Assembly (NCBI RefSeq): GCF_001194135.2
Contig: NC_068985.1
Location: forward strand, 116,815,448-116,879,447
Source: Octopus bimaculoides
Lineage: Eukaryota
DNA length: 64,000 nt
Reading direction: 5' to 3'
Made by a program: the position numbers and the translations under genes. The notes beneath the pieces are model-generated. The model ran no database searches and was not told the origin of the DNA. It was given only the letters and a program-made list of their open reading frames with translations. Of this stretch, positions 39,338 through 51,538 are shown piece by piece (the first letter of the stretch is position 1; each line of letters opens with the position of its first letter).

Positions 39338-39626
39338 NNNNNNNNNNNNNNNNNNNNNNNNNNNNNNNNNNNNNNNNNNNNNNNNNNNNNNNNNNNNNNN
39401 NNNNNNNNNNNNNNNNNNNNNNNNNNNNNNNNNNNNNNNNNNNNNNNNNNNNNNNNNNNNNNNNNNNNNNNNNNNNNNNNNNNNNNNNNNNNNNNNNNNN
39501 NNNNNNNNNNNNNNNNNNNNNNNNNNNNNNNNNNNNNNNNNNNNNNNNNNNNNNNNNNNNNNNNNNNNNNNNNNNNNNNNNNNNNNNNNNNNNNNNNNNN
39601 NNNNNNNNNNNNNNNNNNNNNNNNNN

Positions 39627-39675
<49 letters not shown>

Positions 39676-39904
39676 ATGTATGTATTTCCGAGCTCGGTCA
39701 ATAATTGATATTACGTTATGGACGATCCTAATGCTTTACTGTAAAGCACAATTTTGTGGAGGTCTATCAACAGCATTTTGTTATTGTCATGCCTAAATGG
39801 AATCATTGTATATATATATATGTATATATACATGCGTGTGTGTATACATGTCTATATGTATATTGATATACGTATTCATTTGTGTGTGTCTATATAAATG
39901 AGCA

Positions 39905-40120
39905 ATTGGAGGATGCTAAAACAACTGGGCCTCTATTCCTTAGAGAGAAGATGGGAAAGATATACTGTTATACATATATGTAAAATCCTGGAAGTTCTAG
40001 CAGCCTGCATTCCGATTGGAAGCTATACTAACCTCTGAAATGGACGCTCTACTAGATCGTACCAAAGATGCCCTTCTTTCCATCTAGATTAAGGACCAGG
40101 TAGTCAGGGGCCCGTAGCTT
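39905..40120 (+). mobile_element. CR1-group LINE RT C-terminal fragment (same group as 10600-11100)
   Basis: Translates MLKQLGLYSLERRWERYTVIHICKILE...SYTN, collinear with the 10600 copy. Confidence 0.7.
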
Positions 40121-40639
40121 CTGCGCTGCATAATTAAAGCAAAATTAAGTTGCGATATCAATAATCTTTACATTAAAAGAGCTACTTCTGACTCGAAATT
40201 TTGCGATATTTGTAAACACATGAGACCCACTCGCTTTTCGGGGACGATGAGCTGAAATAACAACGAAACATCAATATCTCGCGTTCCACGATCACCTACG
40301 GGTCGATTCCGTCTGAATGTTTTGGAGGTGAAATGTCTCTTTTTTAACACTCGACGTATAAAACGGACTTTCCTGGACGAAATGCTGCAGTTGAAAAATG
40401 TTTAAACAAAACACATGCATATACATATACATACCTAGACATACTTAGAGAGATTCGAGACCTTACAGCAGTCAACAATAAGTAATTAGTACAATTAGAA
40501 CCGCAAATTTACTTTGCAAAAGGTATTGCTACGTTATCTCTATAGTTGTCATTATTCAGTAATTTCAGGTAACAAAATGATATCACCTAAAGAAAATTAC
40601 ATACAGCCTTCCCGGTGGTGAAATTTCCCTCATAATTAT

Positions 40640-40795
40640 TCAGATATATTGGCTTCAAATTTTGGCGCAAGGACAACAATTTGGAGGGAAGAAGAAGTCG
40701 ATTAAATCAACCCCACTACTTAAATTATGCTATCGACCCCGAAAGGATAAAAGGCGAAGTGAGTGTTGGCAGAACTCAGAACGTAAAGGTGGACG
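40640..40795 (-). mobile_element. SINE-A, partial
   Basis: TTTCAAATTTTGG-type tail, TCGACCCCGAAAGGAT core and GAACTCAGAACGTAA. Confidence 0.7.
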
Positions 40796-41310
40796 ATTTA
40801 TTCACATATATTTAATCCACATTCCCTTTTTATTATACACGATGTTAGGTAAGTAAAAAAAAAATGCGTCTTTGTTGAATAGTTATTCATGTCAGAAATG
40901 GAGTGTTTCTGTTCCTCTTTCGATGTTGATTTCCTAACAGACATTGTTCCTTTCTCTCTCAGCCTTAGATATACAAAGATTTGATAAAACTAGTTTATAA
41001 ATTAAAACTGACCCCATAAAATAGTGACAAGCAAAATCTATGATAAGTCATTCTTCTTGATACCTTAGTAGCTTCTAAGCTGAAGTGAAGGCAGCATGTT
41101 CTTTGTCTTTTTCCTTACCTTCTTGGAGATTTTAGGCAAAATAATACTAATTATATGTCTTTATGCAACTGAGGATTGCTCTGCATTTAAATTAAATGGA
41201 GTTGCCTAAAACGATCGTACTGCATTACTTTGTTGGTAATGCAGTTACCCTTGTTGCTTGTTTTGGTTATATATATAAACCGATAGAATAAGTGCTTACA
41301 AAGAACATTG

Positions 41311-41530
41311 TTTTATTATTTTATTTGTTTCAGACATTTGACTTTGGCCATGCTGTTGCACCGCTTTTCGTGGAGCAAATCGACCCTAGGACGTATTCTT
41401 CGTAAGCCTAGTACTTATTTTATCGGTCTCTTTGGCAGATCCGCCAAGTTACGGGGAGGTAAACACACGCACATCGGTAATAAAGCGATGTTAGGGAGAC
41501 AAATACAGACACACAAATATATACACGCAC

Positions 41531-41593
<63 letters not shown>

Positions 41594-41752
41594 CGCCGCG
41601 AACTTTCAGTTTCCTTCTACCAAAATCCAATCTCAAGGCTTTGGTCAGACCGAGGCGATAGTAGAAGACTTGCTCAAGGTACCAGGCAGTGGGACTGAAC
41701 TCGGAACACTTTGCTTGGTAAGCATGCTACCTACCACACAGCCACTCCTGCG
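41311..41752 (-). mobile_element. SINE-B, full length, with internal (TA)n/(CATA)n
   Basis: Head CGCAGGAGTGGCTGTGTGGTAG (A-box), GAGTTCAGTCCC (B-box) and CCTTGAGCAAGTC (CORE-like). The microsatellite spans about 41520-41593, followed by the conserved tail. Confidence 0.9.
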
Positions 41753-41851
41753 ACTATAATATAATATAATAAAATATAACATAACTTAAATTTGAGGCAC
41801 CTGGTTAGGTGAGAATAAAATGCACGCACGACAAGGAATTTTAGATGAATA

Positions 41852-42194
41852 TGTTGTGTGGACGCCCCCAGACGATAAGTATGCTAGTCCAGTACGTATA
41901 AATACTGGACGTGATAGCTAGACAGAATTGTCGCGTAGAGCGAGACGGAGACTTCGGTAGACTACACGTCGAGTTCTGTTGAGTCGAGCCGTCGGAAGTG
42001 AGAGTTCAGTAGCTGAGGAGCGGTACGTCATTGACGAAGATAAGACATCCGAACGTGCGATATAACAGAATACCATTCTTAGTACCGAGGAACTGGCAGA
42101 ATCATATTCAGAGTAATTTATGCGTTAATTGGAACCAACCAAGTAAATAATTCGCTCTTGAGCTATTCAAACATTTACATTTTATTAAAATACA
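41852..42194 (+). mobile_element. Candidate solo LTR
   Basis: A CpG-rich ~340-bp island starting TGTTG and ending ATTAAAATACA, with a TATAAA box at about 41897. No clear target-site duplication. Confidence 0.45.
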
Positions 42195-42216
42195 ATGTAT
42201 GTATGTCCATCAGTTG

Positions 42217-42285
<69 letters not shown>

Positions 42286-42318
42286 CGTGTGTGTGTAAGG
42301 ANNNNNNNNNNNNNNNNN

Positions 42319-42373
<55 letters not shown>

Positions 42374-42383
42374 CGTGTGTGTG

Positions 42384-42493
42384 TAAGGATTTCGTAATAA
42401 GATAAAAAAACCAAGGCTGTGTATAATATAGAATATTTATAAATAAATGTTCTATCTTATACACAACCTTGGTTTTTTATTACGAAATCCTTA
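42384..42493. mobile_element. 110-bp near-perfect palindrome (hairpin MITE candidate) with TA ends
   Basis: TAAGGATTTCGTAATAA..AAAAAACCAAGGCTGTGTATAA pairs with TTATACACAACCTTGGTTTTTTATTACGAAATCCTTA. Confidence 0.85.
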
Positions 42494-44039
42494 TATTTAC
42501 ACGCTGATATATGACCTACTTTGGACCCCTTGTTCGCATAATCACAGAACCTGGAGGTTAACTATGGTCGTCTATCCACAGCACTTACTCAGCATTACCT
42601 GAAACCTCTGGATCTAATTGACACCACTTTCGCTCATGACCTATATATACGAGTTGTTATAACTTGCCTGAATATCTCGTGTACCCACGGGGGAAAAATC
42701 TCTGAGATAAGGGTCTCACTCAAAGAAAATAACGTATATTATTAATATTACTGAGTAAACGTTTTCTGATAGTCGACACTAAGCGGTTATGAATATATAT
42801 CTATCATCGATTTTTTTGCCTCTGTCTGTCTCTATATATCTCTCCCCCTCTCCCTTCTTTCTCTCTCACATATATATGTGTGTGTGCGTGTATGTATGTG
42901 TATATATATGTACATATGTATATATATATATATATATATACATATGTGTCTCTGTGTATGTGCATATATATATGCGTGTGTGTGTGTGTATGTGTGCGTA
43001 TATGTATATATACATGTATATATGTATATATATATATATATATNNNNNNNNNNNNNNNNNNNNNNNNNNNNNNNNNNNNNNNNNNNNNNNNNNNNNNNNN
43101 NNNNNNNNNNNNNNNNNNNNNNNNNNNNNNNNNNNNNNNNNNNNNNNNNNNNNNNNNNNNNNNNNNNNNNNNNNNNNNNNNNNNNNNNNNNNNNNNNNNN
43201 NNNNNNNNNNNNNNNNNNNNNNNNNNNNNNNNNNNNNNNNNNNNNNNNNNNNNNNNNNNNNNNNNNNNNNNNNNNNNNNNNNNNNNNNNNNNNNNNNNNN
43301 NNNNNNNNNNNNNNNNNNNNNNNNNNNNNNNNNNNNNNNNNNNNNNNNNNNNNNNNNNNNNNNNNNNNNNNNNNNNNNNNNNNNNNNNNNNNNNNNNNNN
43401 NNNNNNNNNNNNNNNNNNNNNNNNNNNNNNNNNNNNNNNNNNNNNNNNNNNNNNNNNNNNNNNNNNNNNNNNNNNNNNNNNNNNNNNNNNNNNNNNNNNN
43501 NNNNNNNNNNNNNNNNNNNNNNNNNNNNNNNNNNNNNNNNNNNNNNNNNNNNNNNNNNNNNNNNNNNNNNNNNNNNNNNNNNNNNNNNNNNNNNNNNNNN
43601 NNNNNNNNNNNNNNNNNNNNNNNNNNNNNNNNNNNNNNNNNNNNNNNNNNNNNNNNNNNNNNNNNNNNNNNNNNNNNNNNNNNNNNNNNNNNNNNNNNNN
43701 NNNNNNNNNNNNNNNNNNNNNNNNNNNNNNNNNNNNNNNNNNNNNNNNNNNNNNNNNNNNNNNNNNNNNNNNNNNNNNNNNNNNNNNNNNNNNNNNNNNN
43801 NNNNNNNNNNNNNNNNNNNNNNNNNNNNNNNNNNNNNNNNNNNNNNNNNNNNNNNNNNNNNNNNNNNNNNNNNNNNNNNNNNNNNNNNNNNNNNNNNNNN
43901 NNNNNNNNNNNNNNNNNNNNNNNNNNNNNNNNNNNNNNNNNNNNNNNNNNNNNNNNNNNNNNNNNNNNNNNNNNNNNNNNNNNNNNNNNNNNNNNNNNNN
44001 NNNNNNNNNNNNNNNNNNNNNNNNNNNNGTTGTTGGTGA

Positions 44040-44074
<35 letters not shown>

Positions 44075-44127
44075 ATCGGAAAGTTGTGATGTTGATAAAG
44101 ATAATATTAATAATAATAATAATAATA

Positions 44128-44163
<36 letters not shown>

Positions 44164-44229
44164 GTTCAGTAGTTTTATTTTTATAACGTGCTTTCACTTC
44201 ACTACCGAGCGCAGCTCTGTGCGCCTTGG

Positions 44230-44231
<2 letters not shown>
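44164..44231 (-). mobile_element. 68-bp unique insert in (TTA)n, probably an extremely truncated LINE 3' end
   Basis: CCCAAGGCGCACAGAGCTGCGCTCGG...AAAATAAAACTACTGAAC, with TAA/TTA repeats on both sides and a small GCGCA/TGCGC stem. Confidence 0.4.
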
Positions 44232-44282
<51 letters not shown>

Positions 44283-44414
44283 ACTGTTATTATTATTATT
44301 ATTTCGGCCCTTCGTAGTAATAAATTCATTGTTTCTTTCCTTATAAATAGTCATCTGACTGTTTAAATGAGAATTAAAATGCAACTTGTTGCAATGTTGC
44401 AACATCTTTTGAAA

Positions 44415-45380
44415 ATGGAAAAAAAAATGTCATCATGGTATTATCAAGTGCCTGCAGAAAATGGATTCACGTTGCCATGGTTGCTACATCAGAGGATGGC
44501 GCATCAACCTTATCAGAAATGCAAAAAGTGGCAACTGAATTCAGGAGAGAAAGAGAATCTTGAAAATGGCTGAAGGTCTGGATGGTCTCCACCATCCATC
44601 ATCATGGAAAACATTCACCGTGTTCACCCCATGGTTTTGGATGACAAGGGATCGTATATAAATCAAATAGTTAATACTATTAGTATTTACCGTGAGAGAG
44701 TTGAGAATATTCTACACAACAAACGTAGCATAAGGAAGGCTTCTGCTCCGTGGGTGCCACGTCTTTTGACACCTGTTCAAAAGTGCACCAGTCCTATCAC
44801 ACCAAGGGCAACATCCAGCTGGTTTCCTTGAATGCTTCCTAACTCATTATGAATGTTGGCTTCATCATTTTGAACCAAAGAATAAGGGAAAATCCATGCA
44901 GAGGAAGCAACCATCTCCACCTGCTCCAAAGAGAGCCAAGGTTGTTTCATCTGCAGGGAAGGTGATGGTTCCAATTTTGGGGAATACAAAAAGCATTTTG
45001 TTTATTGACTAACTTCAAAAACCCCGTACCATTAATGGAGAGTGCTATGCCAACTTGCTGAGGCAGTTATGAATGCTATCGAGTCAAAACGTCCAGGAAA
45101 ACTGACCTGAAGAAACGGGTCTTGTTTCATCAGGACAATGCTCTAGGACACAAGTGCATGGTTTCAATGGCTGTTGTGCATGACTGCAGCTTTCAGCTAG
45201 TTGATCACAATCTCTATTCTATTGATTTGGACCTTCTGTTCTGCAACATGAAAAAAAGTACTTGGCTGGGAACCGGGAACACAGTTATGATAACGTCATA
45301 TCTTCACAAATGGTATCCAAGCTCTGCTACATCGATGGGAGAAGTGTGTGGACTGCAAGGGTGACTACGTTGAAAAATAA
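44415..45380 (+). pseudogene. mariner (DD34D, probably irritans-like) transposase pseudogene
   Basis: WVPRLLT motif, GKVM, TINGECYANLLRQL, FHQDNALGH, YSIDL (decayed YSPDL) and terminal GDYVEK*. Frameshifted. Confidence 0.9.
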
Positions 45381-45394
45381 ACTTTCTTTGTCAC

Positions 45395-45560
45395 AACGAA
45401 TAATTAGAAGATCACAAATTATCAATAGTCGAAGACAACCATCTAATCTCAGGAGACTCCTAGCAAAGGTGAGTTTCACGTTTCAAAAAGAAACGAAGCA
45501 AGTAACCAACTGGGAAGACGTCAGTTGTGGGACATGCAAATTAATTGAGTGAGGGACAAT
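45395..45560 (+). mobile_element. Penelope-like element fragment (RT to GIY-YIG linker)
   Basis: IINSRRQPSNLRRLLAKVSF...SCGTCKLI matches the RQPxNLxxLL and CxTC linker of Penelope-like ORFs. Confidence 0.55.
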
Positions 45561-45619
45561 CAAAAGACTCAAGAATGGGAAGGAATTAAAAGTGAATGCA
45601 AATATGAATTGCAGTACAC

Positions 45620-45822
45620 AAAAGAAAGAGAGAGAGAGAAAGAAAGAAAGAGAGAAAGACAGAAATAAAGAATGATATAAAGAGAGAAAGAAAGAGAGAT
45701 AGAAAGACAGAAATAAAGAATGATATATAGAGAGAAAGAAAGAGAGAGAGATAGAGAAAGACAGAGAGAAAGGAAGAGAAAGGAAGAGACAAAGAGATAG
45801 AAAGAGGAAGAAAGAGAGAAAA

Positions 45823-45854
<32 letters not shown>

Positions 45855-45908
45855 CAGAAAGAAAGAGAGAAAGAAAGAAAGAAAGAAAAGAAGAAAGAAA
45901 GAAAGAAA

Positions 45909-45954
<46 letters not shown>

Positions 45955-45955
45955 A
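45620..45955. repeat. Purine-rich tract ending in (GAAA)n
   Basis: Seen directly. It includes a short internal duplication (GACAGAAATAAAGAATGATATA twice). Confidence 0.95.
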
Positions 45956-46310
45956 ACGGAAATGCTATCAACTTCACCAGAACAAGTACACAACATGAAT
46001 ATATGAATAACCACATTTTGGTGTTCTGCTTGGAGAATATTTGATTAAAACATTTTATTTCTCATCCCGTGTTCTCCTTTCTCTTCAAAAATGTAAGACT
46101 GTCGGATACGTTTGTTCTTAGATTATTCTTTGAATTTCACAGAGAATGATTTGCAAACAAAATTACTCTAATAGGAATCGTTTAATTTTTGTTCTTCTTT
46201 TTTTATTTCTAGAGTGGTGCAGAAATTGTGTGTTTCGTGTTCTTTGCTGTTAGGAGAATGGAGTTTCGTGGAAGAAAAGAATTATAACAGATTTGGTTGA
46301 AAAAGAGAAA

Positions 46311-46583
46311 AGGAAGAGGAGAAAATGTATGCGTTTTGGGAGAGAGTGATTGAATAAGAAAGAGAGAGATATTGGGGAGATGGGGGGTGATCGATGGATG
46401 TGGAAGAATTTAAATGAGAAAGACGTGGATACAAGGGAAGGAAGCAGGTACGGTGCTCTTCATGTGTGCGTGTACACACATATATATATATACATGCATA
46501 CAAATGTGTGTGTGTATATATATACTTACATATATATGTACACGCATAGATGAGTGTGTATGTCTACATATATCTACATATCT

Positions 46584-46622
<39 letters not shown>

Positions 46623-47521
46623 NNNNNNNNNNNNNNNNNNNNNNNNNNNNNNNNNNNNNNNNNNNNNNNNNNNNNNNNNNNNNNNNNNNNNNNNNNNNNN
46701 NNNNNNNNNNNNNNNNNNNNNNNNNNNNNNNNNNNNNNNNNNNNNNNNNNNNNNNNNNNNNNNNNNNNNNNNNNNNNNNNNNNNNNNNNNNNNNNNNNNN
46801 NNNNNNNNNNNNNNNNNNNNNNNNNNNNNNNNNNNNNNNNNNNNNNNNNNNNNNNNNNNNNNNNNNNNNNNNNNNNNNNNNNNNNNNNNNNNNNNNNNNN
46901 NNNNNNNNNNNNNNNNNNNNNNNNNNNNNNNNNNNNNNNNNNNNNNNNNNNNNNNNNNNNNNNNNNNNNNNNNNNNNNNNNNNNNNNNNNNNNNNNNNNN
47001 NNNNNNNNNNNNNNNNNNNNNNNNNNNNNNNNNNNNNNNNNNNNNNNNNNNNNNNNNNNNNNNNNNNNNNNNNNNNNNNNNNNNNNNNNNNNNNNNNNNN
47101 NNNNNNNNNNNNNNNNNNNNNNNNNNNNNNNNNNNNNNNNNNNNNNNNNNNNNNNNNNNNNNNNNNNNNNNNNNNNNNNNNNNNNNNNNNNNNNNNNNNN
47201 NNNNNNNNNNNNNNNNNNNNNNNNNNNNNNNNNNNNNNNNNNNNNNNNNNNNNNNNNNNNNNNNNNNNNNNNNNNNNNNNNNNNNNNNNNNNNNNNNNNN
47301 NNNNNNNNNNNNNNNNNNNNNNNNNNNNNNNNNNNNNNNNNNNNNNAGGAAGAGGAGAAAATGTATGCGTTTTGGGAGAGAGTGATTGAATAAGAAAGAG
47401 AGAGATATTGGGGAGATGGGGGGTGATCGATGGATGTGGAAGAATTTAAATGAGAAAGACGTGGATACAAGGGAAGGAAGCAGGTACGGTGCTCTTCATG
47501 TGTGCGTGTACACACATATAT
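46311..47521. repeat. Identical ~175-bp blocks either side of an N-gap (46311-46485 and 47347-47521)
   Basis: No difference seen between the copies. Probably a contig-overlap or allelic artefact. Confidence 0.85.
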
Positions 47522-47949
47522 GTATATACTTTCATCTACATGTGTATATAGATGCATATCAGGGTACAGGACGTTAGAACAATGAACTACAGACAACGGA
47601 ACGAACACATAGGAAAACAGAAAGCCACTTGAAATTATTCATCAGCTGCCTCTATTCTAACTCTATATATATAGGGAGAGAGAGAGACAGAGAGAGACAG
47701 AGAGAAACAGAGAGAGTAATTTGTATAACGGACCGAGAGAGAAACCTAGAGACATAGAAAACTAAAATCTGTGGATGTATGTGTATATTGTAATCTATGT
47801 ATTGGTTTATGAGGGAGAAAATTACACGATGCTTGTGTGTGAAGGGAAGTTGAGGATAGCGACTTACAGACAAGTCGACACCAATACAATGATAGAGAGT
47901 AAAGTCTGGAAGTATATGTTTGAGAATATAATTGTCTGCTTGCCGGTAA

Positions 47950-47995
<46 letters not shown>

Positions 47996-48005
47996 NNNNN
48001 NNNNN

Positions 48006-48038
<33 letters not shown>

Positions 48039-48727
48039 GAGAGAGAGATAGTGAGGGGAAGAATGAGGGAGTAACGAGAAGACTGAAAGAGGGTGTGAAG
48101 TAATGCTGCTGTAAGATAGACACAAAGGAAAGCAAATAAATAAAGGGATTGAAAATACAATGCCGAGTAGAGTACAGATAGGGAAAATCGGATATGTCGT
48201 AGGAAGGTGTGATATACAAACACAGAGAAAGATATGTAGAAGAATGCCAGTGATGATATAGATAAATGGGAATGAAGGAAAGAAAGAAGGAATTAAACAA
48301 AGAAAGAAAGAAAGAAAGCCTGATACATCCTACTATGGAGTGGACACACTCCATAATGTAGGTCTATATCAACAATTAAACAATCATAAACGTGCCATCC
48401 ATCGTTGTGAGCCACCGACATAAATTTCTATGCTGTTATCAATTGTCAAGCATTTGTGGCGTTTAGAGATGATGGGTCACGCGGTGCAAACTAAACTTGT
48501 ACTTTAGCGTACACCGTACCTTTTGAACTTACGTCCCCTGATGACGTGGCTTCTAAAGTCATTATCACTTACAGTGCTGAAATGGACTGAGTTTATTCGT
48601 TGGGGTGATTGCTCATGAATGTATTCACATTACTCTACAAAATTCATTTGAACTAATAGAATTCTGGTCCTTAAACAGCAATACTACATTTTTATAAATT
48701 TGTGAATGAGTGTCAGTATGTGAGTGA

Positions 48728-48781
<54 letters not shown>

Positions 48782-49106
48782 ACGCGTGTGTATGCGTGTG
48801 CGTGTTTGTGTGTGTGTGTGTGNNNNNNNNNNNNNNNNNNNNNNNNNNNNNNNNNNNNNNNNNNNNNNNNNNNNNNNNNNNNNNNNNNNNNNNNNNNNNN
48901 NNNNNNNNNNNNNNNNNNNNNNNNNNNNNNNNNNNNNNNNNNNNNNNNNNNNNNNNNNNNNNNNNNNNNNNNNNNNNNNNNNNNNNNNNNNNNNNNNNNN
49001 NNNNNNNNNNNNNNNNNNNNNNNNNNNNNNNNNNNNNNNNNNNNNNNNNNNNNNNNNNNNNNNNNNNNNNNNNNNNNNNNNNNNNNNNNNNNNNNNNNNN
49101 NNNNNN

Positions 49107-49150
<44 letters not shown>

Positions 49151-49159
49151 ATGCACACA

Positions 49160-50520
49160 CAGTGAAGGAAAAAAGTATTTGATACCCTGCTGAGTTTTAA
49201 AATTTACCTATTTGAATTAATGCAAATATAATAACTTTATAGCAGTACACTTTTACAAACCTTTTAGTTAATATTACGACCTAAATAACAGGTAAAATAA
49301 TATAGCTTAGCAGTTACACACGAATTTGAAAAACGCTATGAGAAATAAGTATTTAATACATTGACAAGAGATCAATTTGATCAAATATAGGAATATTTAT
49401 TCAAAGTAAATATACAATATCAATATATTCGATGAAATCTAACTTAACAAATCTAATTATATACTGTATTTAAAATAATTTTGTTTCTTTCAGAGTATTT
49501 AACAAATTAAATCAATTACATTCATCATCACCAAAGAGTTGTCTAAAGATCGTAGAGACCATATCATTAGGCTGCAAAAGGCTGGATTTGGCTATCGGAA
49601 GATATGTCAACAACTGGAAGAGAACTTAACAACTGTAGCTGCTATTGTACGTAAATGGAAAACAGATAAGATCAGTATGAATCATCATCGATGTGGAGCA
49701 CCCTGTAAAACATCCCCTCGTGCAAGAACACATTTATTAAGTACCGTCCAGGACAACCCTAGAACTACTCTAGAAGAGCTTAGGAATGACCTCAAAACTG
49801 TAGGAACATCAGCCACCAAAAAACAATTGGAAACACTCCGCCGAGCCTGCTTAAAATGATGCTGTACTCGAAAAGTCCCTCTGCTAAGGAAAACCGCATT
49901 AAGGCTCGATTAAAATTTGCTAAGCTAATGATCACCTAAATGACTCTGAAGAAGATTGGATGAATGTACTTTGGTCTGATGAGACAAAAATCGAGCTTTT
50001 TGGAATAAATAGTAATCGTAGGGTCTGAAAAAAAAAGAATGAGGTTTACAAATAACCCCGTTCCTACTGTGAAGCACGGGGGTGGGAGTATAGAGTTATT
50101 TGGCTATTTCTCTGCCAATAGAACAGGGCGACTGCGCCGTATCACTGGGAAAATGGATGGGTCGATGTATCGGCAGATTTTAAATGAAAACCTTCTAGCT
50201 TCATCCAGATTACCAACGATGAAACGAGGTTGGATATTTCAACAGGACCCAAAGTATACAGCTAAAACTGCCAAAGAATGGTTCAAAGACAAGCACATTA
50301 ATGTTATGTAGTGGCCTGGTCAGTCTCCAGATTTAACTCAATAGTGGATCTTTGGAGAGAACTGAAACTTAGGTGATCCAAGCGACAGCCCAGGACTCTT
50401 AATGAATTGGAAAAAATTTGCTTGGAAGAGTGGAAAAACGCCTTACTGCTGTGATAGCTGGCAATGGTTGGTCGACTAAATATTAAATGGTTTTCATTAA
50501 GCATCATACACTTTTTTCTC
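49160..50520 (+). mobile_element. Tc1-family (DD34E) transposon of IR/DR type; transposase pseudogene about 49524-50486; right outer end missing
   Basis: The left end CAGTGAAGGAAAAAAGTATTTGATACCCTG has an inner direct-repeat copy GAAATAAGTATTTAATACATTG at about 49342. Translation gives TKELSKD..HTH region, WSDETKIELFG, PTVKHGGGSI, FQQDPK, QSPDLN and STKY*, with stops and deletions. Confidence 0.92.
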
Positions 50521-50681
50521 TTGGTAAATCAATTTATTTATTTATTTAAACTATTAATTAAGTACTATGTTATTTGACATGTTTGTAAAATGTGTTTAAT
50601 TTTTGTGATAATTATAATATGTATGCAATTTTATTCCTTACCCTTATCCAAATTAATAAACTTGGAAATTTAGAGACAGAC

Positions 50682-50715
<34 letters not shown>

Positions 50716-50744
50716 GAATATATGTGTAAGTATCTATATGTCAA

Positions 50745-50937
50745 CACCACAACTTGACAAACGATGTTGGTGTTTTTATGTCCCTGTAACGTAGCGGTTC
50801 GACCAAAGAGATCGATAGAATAAGCACCAGACTTAAAAAGATTAAGTCCAGGGGTCGATGTATTTGAATAAAAGGCGGTGCTCCAGCATGGCCACAGTCA
50901 AATGTCTGAAACAAGTAAAGGAATAAAAGAATAAAAG

Positions 50938-50940
<3 letters not shown>
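50745..50940 (+). mobile_element. SINE-B 3' half
   Basis: CTTGACAAACGATGTTGGTG...AAAGGCGGTGCTCCAGCATGGCCACAGTC...GAATAAAAGAATAAAAGAA, preceded by (GATA)n. Confidence 0.85.
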
Positions 50941-50976
<36 letters not shown>

Positions 50977-51433
50977 ATTTGACATTATGTATGTTTATGT
51001 CTATGTATGCGAGGGCAATCATTTCATTATGATGGATGGTTTTTCTTCCTTTCTGTATGGAGACAATACAAATATACATATGCAACACATATCAATGAAA
51101 ACAGTTTTGTGTATTCAATTCTTTCTCTCACTTGTTGACTTATAGTATTCATTTACCTCGTCTGCTGAAAATTCTAAGATATTGAGTTTCTCTTAAAAAC
51201 TGCTTAATCTCAAGAGACTGATTTATTATTTATATCATCAACACCTAACGATATGTATTTTCGAAATAGAATCTGCTTCGTCTCCTGTAAATTTACAAAT
51301 TTCAAATTCGATTGTTATCTACAAGTGCGCTAGCGATCCGTGACCGAACGAAACGCGAGGAAACAAGATAGGTTTAACAGCGTCGATTCGAAAACTTTTT
51401 AATTCGTACGAAATCGAAGCAAATATATTTTCT

Positions 51434-51481
<48 letters not shown>

Positions 51482-51538
51482 ACGTGTGTGTATATATATA
51501 TGCATGTATGTATCTATGAATGTATGTATGTATGTATA

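Noticed and set aside
40150-40400. CpG-containing island with a 60-aa minus-strand ORF
   Set aside because: No motif recognised, and the length is within chance expectation.
46311-47521. Apparent recent segmental duplication
   Set aside because: The copies are identical and flank an N-gap next to a microsatellite, which is typical of contig overlap or allelic mis-scaffolding. The same applies to 42250-42301 versus about 42340-42389.
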